Of a stretch of 32,000 nucleotides of DNA, positions 15,311 through 23,729 are shown piece by piece (position 1 is the stretch's first letter; each line of letters opens with the position of its first letter). The notes beneath the pieces are model-generated. The model searched no databases. It worked only from the letters and a program-made list of their open reading frames with translations, and had not been told where the DNA came from. The DNA lies in contig DASPGM010000014.1 of NCBI GenBank assembly GCA_035620615.1, forward strand, positions 21,226-53,225, in the 5' to 3' direction. Position numbers and translations under genes: made by a program. This stretch comes from Nitrosopumilaceae archaeon. Its GTDB lineage: Archaea > Thermoproteota > Nitrososphaeria > Nitrososphaerales > Nitrosopumilaceae.

Positions 15311-16369
15311 ATGAAAAATTCTAAAACAAATTTCATGGTATTAATTTTAATTATTATAGGAGTCTTATCTTCTTTATATTTTGTAATTCCTGGAACCATT
15401 CAAGCACAATCTGAGGAAAAAACTTTCATTACTCATAATGGTGGCATCGTAAAAACTACTGGAGAAGTTTTGGATCCTTTGTATACAAGTTCAACGGTAG
15501 AATTTGATCCAATGAATTATCTTCGAGAATTTCACTACGGTCGAATTTCACAATTATCTGATGGAAATACACTTCGGGAATATACCATAATAGCTGAAGA
15601 TGATAAAATTATGGAAGTTTCACCTGGGGTATTCTATAATGTTTGGACTTTTAATGGAACTGTACCAGGACCTACAATTAGGGCAACAGAAGGAGACATT
15701 GTACGAATAAATTTTATAAATAATGGGTCAAAATCCCACACAATTCATTTTCATGGAATTCATCCTGCAGAAATGGATGGAGTCTTTGAACCCGTCGGTC
15801 CTGGAGGTGGCCAATTTACATACGAGTTTGAAGCTGGACCTGTAGGGGTTCACCCTTACCATTGTCATGTCATGCCTCTTGAAGAACACATTGTGCATGG
15901 ATTGTATGGAGTTTTCATTGTAGATCCAAAAGAGGGAAGAGCACCCGCTGATGAATTGGTTATGGTTCTTAACGGATTGGATACAGATTTTGATACAGAA
16001 AATAATTTTTATGCTGCTAACACAATTCCTTTTTACTACCAACACCATCCAATTCGGATTAACACTGACGAATTAATCAGAATCTATGTTGTAAACATGG
16101 TTGAATTTGATCCCATTAATAATTTTCATTTGCATGGAAATCTTTATTATTATTATCCAACTGGAACGGAAACCGTTCCCTCATTTTATACTGATATGAT
16201 TACACTATCCCAAACTGAAAGAGGAATAATGGAATTTGAATACGATTACCCTGGGAAATATCTATTTCATGCTCATAAAGTAGAATTCTCAGAAAAAGGA
16301 TGGGTTGGAATATTTCTGGTAAAAAACAATTCCACATCTAATTCTTTAGGGGTAGAATATGGAGGTTAA
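15311..16369 (+). CDS. Two-domain multicopper oxidase (type-1 Cu site in domain 1; four HxH motifs), secreted
   Basis: 352-aa ORF with an N-terminal signal/anchor. HFHG (HTIHFHGIH), HCH (HPYHCHVMPLEEHIVHGLYG), HLHG and HAH (FHAHKVE) supply eight trinuclear-cluster His plus the T1 Cys. Confidence 0.85.
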   Translation: MKNSKTNFMVLILIIIGVLSSLYFVIPGTIQAQSEEKTFITHNGGIVKTTGEVLDPLYTSSTVEFDPMNYLREFHYGRISQLSDGNTLREYTIIAEDDKIMEVSPGVFYNVWTFNGTVPGPTIRATEGDIVRINFINNGSKSHTIHFHGIHPAEMDGVFEPVGPGGGQFTYEFEAGPVGVHPYHCHVMPLEEHIVHGLYGVFIVDPKEGRAPADELVMVLNGLDTDFDTENNFYAANTIPFYYQHHPIRINTDELIRIYVVNMVEFDPINNFHLHGNLYYYYPTGTETVPSFYTDMITLSQTERGIMEFEYDYPGKYLFHAHKVEFSEKGWVGIFLVKNNSTSNSLGVEYGG

Positions 16370-17534
16370 CAAAACCTCCAAGGGGCAGCTTTTAGTCAGC
16401 GGGCTTGTCCCATTTGGATTGGTTATCATTTTAATCGCCTACATTTTTGGTCCAGGGGCTGAATTGCTTGACTTGGGTACACCTCTTCCAGAAATTACTA
16501 TAGAGCAGGTCTACTTTATGAAAGGAGAAATTCAAGTTAGTGTCCGAAACACTGGCCCAATTCCAGTTGAAGTTGTTATGGCCGATGTAAATGATAGAAT
16601 TCAACCTTCCGCAATAGAACCAGATAGGTTTTTGGATAGATTTGAAACTGCTTTAGTAAGAATTCCTTTTGAATGGAATGAAGCAGAACCCTACATAGTT
16701 GGATTAACAATTGAGGATGGAACTCGTTTTGAAAAAGAAATTCAAGCCGCAGCGTCTACACTAGAACCATCTGGAGATCTTATTAGATTTTTTGCAATTA
16801 TTGGAACTTATGTTGGTATAATTCCTGTTATGATTGGACTTCTTTGGCTTCCATTCATTAAACGAATAAGTAAAGCAAAATACAACTTCTTTTTAGCTAT
16901 TACAGTTGGTCTTCTATTATTTTTGGGAATTGATGCCATAGAGGAAGCTGTTGAAGTTTCAAATGAATTTCTAGCTGGTAGCTTTAATGGTGCATTGTTA
17001 ATAGCTACTGTGGTAATACTATCATTTCTTGCATTATATTATTCTGGAAATAAGCTTGTAGACAGAGTAAAGTCATCATCTTCTTCAAAACCTATTGCTT
17101 TAGGTTTAATGATTGCAATTGGAATTGGTCTACATAACTTTGGAGAGGGATTAGCTATTGGGGCTGCAGTGGGTCTTGGCCAAATCGCATTTAGCACATT
17201 TTTAATTGTTGGATTTGCTTTGCATAATACTTCTGAAGGATTTGCTATTGCCGCTCCTATGGCAAAAGGAAAACAAATGATTGGCAAGCTTTTTGGATTA
17301 GGATTAATTGCAGGAACCCCTGCAATTTTTGGCGCGTGGATTGGAGGATTTCTTTTTTCTCCGTTTACTGCAATAATCTTTCTTTCGATAGGTGCAGGAG
17401 CAATATTTCAAGTAATTATAGCAATTTTAAGATGGATCCAAGACGAAGGCGACAAAAGCCTATCTAGTGCATCTGTTGCAGCTGGGATTGGAATCGGAAT
17501 GTTGATAATGTATATTACCAGCATTTTAGTTTGA
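16359..17534 (+). CDS. ZIP-family divalent metal transporter with ~150-aa N-terminal extracytoplasmic domain
   Basis: 391-aa ORF with ZIP signature helices GLHNFGEGLAIGAA and LHNTSEGFAIAAP. Its ATG lies 11 nt inside the 3' end of the MCO gene, suggesting translational coupling. Confidence 0.85.
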   Translation: MEVNKTSKGQLLVSGLVPFGLVIILIAYIFGPGAELLDLGTPLPEITIEQVYFMKGEIQVSVRNTGPIPVEVVMADVNDRIQPSAIEPDRFLDRFETALVRIPFEWNEAEPYIVGLTIEDGTRFEKEIQAAASTLEPSGDLIRFFAIIGTYVGIIPVMIGLLWLPFIKRISKAKYNFFLAITVGLLLFLGIDAIEEAVEVSNEFLAGSFNGALLIATVVILSFLALYYSGNKLVDRVKSSSSSKPIALGLMIAIGIGLHNFGEGLAIGAAVGLGQIAFSTFLIVGFALHNTSEGFAIAAPMAKGKQMIGKLFGLGLIAGTPAIFGAWIGGFLFSPFTAIIFLSIGAGAIFQVIIAILRWIQDEGDKSLSSASVAAGIGIGMLIMYITSILV

Positions 17535-17541
17535 CAAAATT

Positions 17542-18894
17542 TTAAACTGGTTCAGGATGAATTGTTATTATTGCATTCTTAAACCTACTACGAATTTTCC
17601 TTTCAATCTGAGATGTTAAATCATGAACAGTCTCGATGGATAAATTTCTATCAAAAGAGCAATCAAAATCAATTTTTAGTACATCTTGATACTTTAAAGT
17701 AACAACTCGTCCAATTTTTTTTATTTGTGTAAATTCTTCAAGTAATTGGACTAGCATTTCCTTGGTTATTTTACCTTCAATTTTGAGCTTTTCAGGAATG
17801 GCCACAAAAGGTTCTAAGTGTATTGTGACATGATGAATTTTAGGAAGATTTTTCTGAATTTTTCCTTCTATAATTTCAGAAATTTTATGGGCATCTTCTA
17901 AATTCTTTTCCCTATCTACCATTACATGAAAACTTACAAAAATTTTACCTTCAGATGAATAGGATGAAATGTTATGAACATCTTTTACACCATCAATGGA
18001 CATTGCAATATCATTAATCTTTAATTCTTGAGGGACATTTTGCCAGCTTGGCTCAATTCGTATAGATGTCATTGAGTTTGATATTTGATTTTTTATGTTT
18101 TTTTCAGCTTCAGCGGAAATTTCATGAGCCTTATCAAAGCTAACATCTCCACGTAGTGTAATAGTGACATCGCAAAAAATCGTATCTCCTGATTTTCTCA
18201 TTAGAATTGGTCCAACTCCAATAACTCCTTCTGTGTTTTGTGAAATTTCTCTCACTTTGGCAACAAGTCCGGGTGAAATAATGTCAGTAAGATCCATTGC
18301 GGTACGATAAATTAATTTTAAGCTCAATACTACAAGCAAAATTCCTAAAACCAATGCTGCAATAAAGTCTCCTTGGAAAAATCCAACTGTTACAAGCAAA
18401 ATTCCACCAATTGCTACGATTGTCGAGCCAAGGTCCATAATTGCATGATAAAAATCAGCTTTTAGTGTTGTACCGCCAATTTTTTTTATAGATTTTTGTA
18501 AAAGAATAATTCTAAAAATATCAACTCCAATTGTGTATATTCCAGCTGTTATAGCTAAAACTCCTGGTAATATCTGAGGTTCTGGACTTGATAAACGAAT
18601 TATTGCCTCATAAATGAAAAAGGAGGCAATTAATAAAATTGCTATTCCTCCAAATAATCCTCCAAGTGATTCAATTTTTCCATGTCCATAAGTATGCTCT
18701 GCATCAGGAGGTTTTATAGCCCATTTTGCAGCTAGGAGAAGAACAATTGTTACAACACTATCTAAAAGAGCATGAACGCTATCGGTAATTAGACCAAGAC
18801 TATTAAAAATTAATCCAAAAGCCAGCTCTACTGCAAACGCTGACAAGATTGCAAAAAGAGAAATCGTAAGAACCTGAGTTTTTTGCAGAACCAT
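17542..18894 (-). CDS. Cation diffusion facilitator (CDF) family metal exporter with three tandem C-terminal cytoplasmic domains
   Basis: 450-aa ORF with six TM helices. HxxxD in TM2 (DSVHALLD) and TM5 (HAIMD). Three successive ~75-aa segments each end in an I/H-x-EP motif (SIRIEP, TIHLEP, TIHPEP). Confidence 0.9.
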   Translation of the reverse strand: MVLQKTQVLTISLFAILSAFAVELAFGLIFNSLGLITDSVHALLDSVVTIVLLLAAKWAIKPPDAEHTYGHGKIESLGGLFGGIAILLIASFFIYEAIIRLSSPEPQILPGVLAITAGIYTIGVDIFRIILLQKSIKKIGGTTLKADFYHAIMDLGSTIVAIGGILLVTVGFFQGDFIAALVLGILLVVLSLKLIYRTAMDLTDIISPGLVAKVREISQNTEGVIGVGPILMRKSGDTIFCDVTITLRGDVSFDKAHEISAEAEKNIKNQISNSMTSIRIEPSWQNVPQELKINDIAMSIDGVKDVHNISSYSSEGKIFVSFHVMVDREKNLEDAHKISEIIEGKIQKNLPKIHHVTIHLEPFVAIPEKLKIEGKITKEMLVQLLEEFTQIKKIGRVVTLKYQDVLKIDFDCSFDRNLSIETVHDLTSQIERKIRSRFKNAIITIHPEPV

Positions 18895-18956
18895 GGTTAC
18901 TTTACACTTTAGGGAGTTACTTATCTTATTACTAGTCTTCTAATTTAAGACAAATT

Positions 18957-21900
18957 ATGCGACAATGTTATTTGCCTGAAAGCCATTTCTTTCTATTACG
19001 AGTTAATTTGAATAAAATCGGTATCATAATTATAGGTTTAATGATATTTATCCCAATTTTTTCTGGGTTTCAAGCAGATGCAGCTCATAATCCGAATCTC
19101 TATGTTTCAGCTGAAAATTCAGATTTTGAAAACCATTTTGCAGGCTCTATGGTAATTGAAGTAGTTGTAACTGATCCAAATTATAGTGATGTGGGAAACG
19201 CAATGGGGGAACCAGATGTTACTCTAAATGGTAAGGATCTAAGGATGGTTCAAGCAACAGATGGAAAATGGTATGCATATTTTGCAAGTATAAAAGCAGC
19301 AAAAAATGCAGATCAATTAGTTTTAAATGCTGGTCCAGGGGCTATTGGAAAAAGTTTAGACTTTGGCGTTTTTTGCAGTAGTACGACTTCATCATCAGTT
19401 CTTGGAGTAAGTTTTTCTGACACTGAAGGAGTTTCAGTTCCAGGTCGTATTGGTCTATCAGATTTTACAAATGGTAATTCAGCCTTTACATCATGCACTT
19501 CATCTCCAACAGGTGGTAATGAAAATAATGTAGTTCGTAATCCTAGATCGATTAACACAAATCCTTCTGTATCTCCAGGACAAATTGGCATTGATATTGA
19601 TGCATGGCCAATCATTCAATTATTTTCTTTTAGTAATAGTGTAGAAATAAAATTTAATCGAGCAGGTGGAGTAGAAAAAACTGTTCTTTCATATGATGAT
19701 ATTCCAAATATTTCATTATCAACGGATAGAAATGGCTATCCAAATAACGCCGAAGTTTTCTTAACTATTAATGATATCCAATTAAACCAAGATCCTACAG
19801 ATGAAGATTCATGGACATTTAACATAAATTCTCCAGAAACAGCTTTTTATCAAGCATTCACCGAATCTGGTTCAGACTCTGGAAACAATAGTCCAGGTTT
19901 AATCAATTTAGTTCCACATCTCTCAAGTCTAGGATTTGAAGATAATGGAAAACTAGCTATTAATCTTGGAACTATTGCAAGGTTGAAAACTAATGACCAA
20001 CAACCAAGCCTTTCAGTCTCGGATACTATGAATACCTTTACTCAAATCGTCACAGTTGTAGAATCGGAACCCAATTCGGGAAAATTCGAAAATTTTGATT
20101 CCAGTAACGAGTCAACTATTGGAATATTAGGAAATGCCCCTAGAGGTCAGTCTGCTATTATACAATATGATGACAAGTCAACTTCAATTCTAGCAGGCCC
20201 TTCTACTGCATCTATATCAATGACTCCAAAAGGTGGTCAATTTAATGCAGGTCAGCAGGCTCCAGTAACAGTAGTAGATACTGATCAAAATTTTAATTCA
20301 GGTTCAAGAGACATCCTTAATGTTTTTCGAAGTACAGCAATTATTCCTACTTTACAGCTAGGCGAGCCTGCAACTCTTGAAAAAACATCCGGTCTGAAAT
20401 TCTATACTGTTTCTACTGACACTCTATCTGGGGGATTTTCAGTGGATTTTTCGGTTCCAGATAAAAATTCTGATAGACTAATCATTAACACTGCTCCAGT
20501 AGGTACAAGCGCCTTTGAAGTAATTTCTATGAACATGGGAATTACTGCTGGAACATTACAATCATTATTCATTAATAATATCTTACCAAATAATATTGGA
20601 ACAAATTGGTTAAACTTTGATCTAAAATCAATTGAACAACAATTAGGGGTTTCTTCATTTTCTGATACGAGTATATCATTACATTTTGGTGGATTACCTG
20701 GGACTGCAGTACAAATTCTAGATCCAGGGGATATCTCATCAGGAAGTGGTTTAATACAACTAGATGACGTAGATATAGTTGCAATAAATTCTGTTCCAAG
20801 TTCATCTTCTGTTTTTTTGGTGGTTAATTTTGATTCTTCTGATAATACTGTTTCTACAGGAATGATATCTAATGAAAAAGATAGTCAACCAATTGTAGTT
20901 GATTTTTTTTCGTTTGGACAAAAAAACAATCAGGATATTAACAATGCAATTTATCGATTTGAATTAGAAGAGACCGCAAATGATTCTGGAATTTTTGTTG
21001 GATCAATTGAATATTCAGTTACAAATCAGGTAAATATTTCAGATCCATCTTTAATCAAATCACTTAGAACTATCGATGATAGAATAAAATTTCTAGTTAA
21101 TAATAGATTGATAGATGAGAAGGGAATTAACATCGCATATTCTGATATTTCTGGAGTTGGCGTCATAATTAGTACATCATCAAAAACTGACATCAACACA
21201 AATTCGGGAACAGTTTCTTTTACATCTAATACTTATCGTTTTGGACAACCAGTTTTTTTTGTTTTAAAAGATCCTGATCTTAATCTAAAACATGATACCA
21301 TTGAATCATACCAAGTTGTAAATAATCCTAATTCACCTAATGTAGATACCGTTGGAACATCAAATGGCGAAATTCTAGTTGAAATCTTAATCAAAGATTT
21401 TCGGTATAAACGTTGTACAATAAATGGACTAGAACATGGAGGTCTTGCATCAACCGGATTTATTCTTGTAGAAACTGCACCCAATTCGGGAATATTTGAA
21501 GGAAGTTTTAAAATGCCCTCACAAATCTGTGATAAAACCGGCACTAAACTAATTTCTACAGCAGGTGGAAGCCTTGATGCCAAATATTATGACTTTAGAG
21601 ATTCTTCAGGAAAACAAAATATTTTTAGCTCAACTAGTCTCGGTTCCTCATCTATGGGAGAAAGCCCAACAAGCTTAAACTTTAAAAAATTTATAATTCC
21701 AGAGTATAGGAAAACTACTGATGTAATTCTCAGTGGCAAGGTAAATAATTACAATCAAGGCACAACCATCGACATTACTCTCTTTGGACCAGACCTGTCT
21801 TCAGAAAAATTTACTGCATTTGCAACAAAGAATGGAGAATTTAGAGGAGTTTTTACCTTGCATGACTATTCACTGCCTGGTAATTACAAATTAAGTGTGA

Positions 21901-22214
21901 GTTATCAAGGTATACATATTGGAGATGAAGAATTTCAGGTCTCAAAATATTTGGTTCCTGATTGGATAAAAAATAATGCAAGGTGGTGGTCTTCAGATCA
22001 GATCTCAGACTCTGAATTTATCCGGGGAATTCAACATCTAATAGATAAAAAAATAATTGTCATACAAAATTCTGTCAAATCTCAAAACGCTGTAGGGGAT
22101 GTTCCAATATGGATTAAAAATACTGCAAAATGGTGGTCTCAAGATATTGTTTCTGACGATGAGTTTGTTGCAGCTATAGAATTTTTTGTAAAAAATGGCA
22201 TAATAAGGCTATAA
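18957..22214 (+). CDS. Large secreted surface protein (unknown function) with C-terminal tandem Trp-rich 35-aa repeats
   Basis: 1085-aa ORF. The true start is probably TTG 19008 (MNKIGIIIIGLMIFIPIFSGFQADA/AHNP, a good signal peptide), because the TATA-like tctaatttaag at ~18939-18950 is too close to ATG 18957. Ser/Thr/Asn-rich, beta-rich composition. Confidence 0.8.
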   Translation: MRQCYLPESHFFLLRVNLNKIGIIIIGLMIFIPIFSGFQADAAHNPNLYVSAENSDFENHFAGSMVIEVVVTDPNYSDVGNAMGEPDVTLNGKDLRMVQATDGKWYAYFASIKAAKNADQLVLNAGPGAIGKSLDFGVFCSSTTSSSVLGVSFSDTEGVSVPGRIGLSDFTNGNSAFTSCTSSPTGGNENNVVRNPRSINTNPSVSPGQIGIDIDAWPIIQLFSFSNSVEIKFNRAGGVEKTVLSYDDIPNISLSTDRNGYPNNAEVFLTINDIQLNQDPTDEDSWTFNINSPETAFYQAFTESGSDSGNNSPGLINLVPHLSSLGFEDNGKLAINLGTIARLKTNDQQPSLSVSDTMNTFTQIVTVVESEPNSGKFENFDSSNESTIGILGNAPRGQSAIIQYDDKSTSILAGPSTASISMTPKGGQFNAGQQAPVTVVDTDQNFNSGSRDILNVFRSTAIIPTLQLGEPATLEKTSGLKFYTVSTDTLSGGFSVDFSVPDKNSDRLIINTAPVGTSAFEVISMNMGITAGTLQSLFINNILPNNIGTNWLNFDLKSIEQQLGVSSFSDTSISLHFGGLPGTAVQILDPGDISSGSGLIQLDDVDIVAINSVPSSSSVFLVVNFDSSDNTVSTGMISNEKDSQPIVVDFFSFGQKNNQDINNAIYRFELEETANDSGIFVGSIEYSVTNQVNISDPSLIKSLRTIDDRIKFLVNNRLIDEKGINIAYSDISGVGVIISTSSKTDINTNSGTVSFTSNTYRFGQPVFFVLKDPDLNLKHDTIESYQVVNNPNSPNVDTVGTSNGEILVEILIKDFRYKRCTINGLEHGGLASTGFILVETAPNSGIFEGSFKMPSQICDKTGTKLISTAGGSLDAKYYDFRDSSGKQNIFSSTSLGSSSMGESPTSLNFKKFIIPEYRKTTDVILSGKVNNYNQGTTIDITLFGPDLSSEKFTAFATKNGEFRGVFTLHDYSLPGNYKLSVSYQGIHIGDEEFQVSKYLVPDWIKNNARWWSSDQISDSEFIRGIQHLIDKKIIVIQNSVKSQNAVGDVPIWIKNTAKWWSQDIVSDDEFVAAIEFFVKNGIIRL

Positions 22215-22252
22215 TCGAGTCAACTTTTCTTTCATTTAATACATAAATACCC

Positions 22253-23356
22253 ATGATCCCAGATAAAATCCAACAAATGAGACGCTTAGGATACTCTATT
22301 TCACTAGTTTTATCATTTATTATAATATCCTATGGTGTCTCAGGGCCAGTTTTTGGTCAACTCAACCAAACTGAAAGTCAACAGAATTGTGGTCCTAATG
22401 AAATTTTTAGAGATGGACAATGTATTGCTGGTGTTGATCCAACTCCTGCAAACCCAAATTTACTTTTAGAACCTAAAAATAATCCAACTTTCATTCAAGG
22501 AAACAAAGTCATGATTTCTGGGAAAGTCAAACTAGATCCAATTCTTCAACATGCCGTTACTATTCAAATTTTAAATCCTGAAGGTAAGATTGTATCTATT
22601 GATCAATCTTTACCCCAGTCTGATGGTTCTTTTGTTTTTGAATTTATAGCAGATGGTCCTCTTTGGAAGACTTCGGGATCTTATGAAGTTAAAGCAAGAT
22701 ATGGTCCTGAAAAGGCAAGTATTAATTTTAATTTTAAGGGTGATATTACAACAGCACCTCCACCACCAAAATGTGGTCCTAATCAAGAGCTGGTAGATGG
22801 AATCTGTAAGAATAAAGAAACAACTCCACCACCCCCACCTCCACCAAAATGTGGAGCCAATCAAGAATTAGTCAATGGAATATGCATTGATAAGGAACCA
22901 GTGGTCACTCCACCACCCCCACCACCAACATGTGGCACCGGTACTCATTTAGAGAATGGAAAATGTGTTCCTGATGAAGAAAGAGGTGGATGTTTAATTG
23001 CAACTGCAGCATTTGGTACTGAATTAGCACCACAAGTTCAAATGCTAAGAGAAATTCGTGATAATGCCGTTCTTGGGACTGTATCTGGAACTGCCTTTAT
23101 GACCGGATTTAACACATTTTACTATTCATTTTCACCAACAATTGCTGATTGGGAACGTGAAAATCCAATATTCCAAGATGCAGTTAGAATCACCATAACT
23201 CCAATGCTGATGTCACTCTCGTTACTAAATCACGTCGATATAGATTCTGAGGCAGAAATGTTAGGTTACGGATTAAGTCTAATAATCTTGAATCTTGGAA
23301 TGTACTTTGTAGCACCAGCTATTGTAATAGTAAAATTAAAGAAAAGATTACAATAA
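22253..23356 (+). CDS. Secreted protein with beta-sandwich domain, Cys-hairpin/poly-Pro modules and CFI-box-like C-terminal membrane domain
   Basis: 367-aa ORF with a signal/anchor. Four CGxxxxLxxGxC modules separated by PPPPPP linkers. GCLIATAAFGTELAPQVQMLREIRDN…SPTIADW…NP…VR matches the archaeal C[FL]IATAA[YF]G…LRE[FI]RD C-terminal domain as I remember it. Terminal TM helix plus KLKKRLQ. Confidence 0.75.
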   Translation: MIPDKIQQMRRLGYSISLVLSFIIISYGVSGPVFGQLNQTESQQNCGPNEIFRDGQCIAGVDPTPANPNLLLEPKNNPTFIQGNKVMISGKVKLDPILQHAVTIQILNPEGKIVSIDQSLPQSDGSFVFEFIADGPLWKTSGSYEVKARYGPEKASINFNFKGDITTAPPPPKCGPNQELVDGICKNKETTPPPPPPPKCGANQELVNGICIDKEPVVTPPPPPPTCGTGTHLENGKCVPDEERGGCLIATAAFGTELAPQVQMLREIRDNAVLGTVSGTAFMTGFNTFYYSFSPTIADWERENPIFQDAVRITITPMLMSLSLLNHVDIDSEAEMLGYGLSLIILNLGMYFVAPAIVIVKLKKRLQ

Positions 23357-23402
23357 TTCCAGTTTTTCTTTAGGTTATTATACTCTAACAAATCAGGTTG
23401 TT

Positions 23403-23729
23403 TTGATGCATATAGAATATGAAGAATTTGAATCAATTGAAGATATTTTCATGTACATGTCTTCGGTAGCACCCCCGATGAAAAATACTCTACCCATAAA
23501 TTCTTACAAAGGTTATGTTTTCTCTTTTATTCCATTAAGTCATTCTAACGGAGATGTTTATCTTTTTATTTACACAAAAGGAAAACTTGAAGGGAGAATT
23601 TTAGAATTTGATACCAATTCACATTCTTATAAAAAAGTAGAATCAATTGAAAGAGCAGATAAAAATTATTTTATTGTTCTTCATCCAAAAAGAAATACAA
23701 TTGCAGATGTAGCTCTAGAAAAATTATAA
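23403..23729 (+). CDS. Hypothetical protein (108 aa)
   Basis: ORF only (TTG 23403 / ATG 23406), with no recognisable motif. Convergent 6-nt overlap with the radical SAM gene. Confidence 0.4.
   Translation: MMHIEYEEFESIEDIFMYMSSVAPPMKNTLPINSYKGYVFSFIPLSHSNGDVYLFIYTKGKLEGRILEFDTNSHSYKKVESIERADKNYFIVLHPKRNTIADVALEKL

Noticed and set aside
15311-16369. Copper nitrite reductase (NirK) assignment for the cupredoxin protein
   Set aside because: All four HxH motifs of a trinuclear copper cluster are present (HFH, HCH, HLH, HAH). NirK lacks these, so I call it a multicopper oxidase.
18896-18924. GTTACTT direct repeats (18896-18902 and 18916-18922) between the CDF and the large surface-protein gene as a regulator site
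   Set aside because: Only 7 nt are shared, in an A/T-rich spacer. This is indistinguishable from chance without comparative data.
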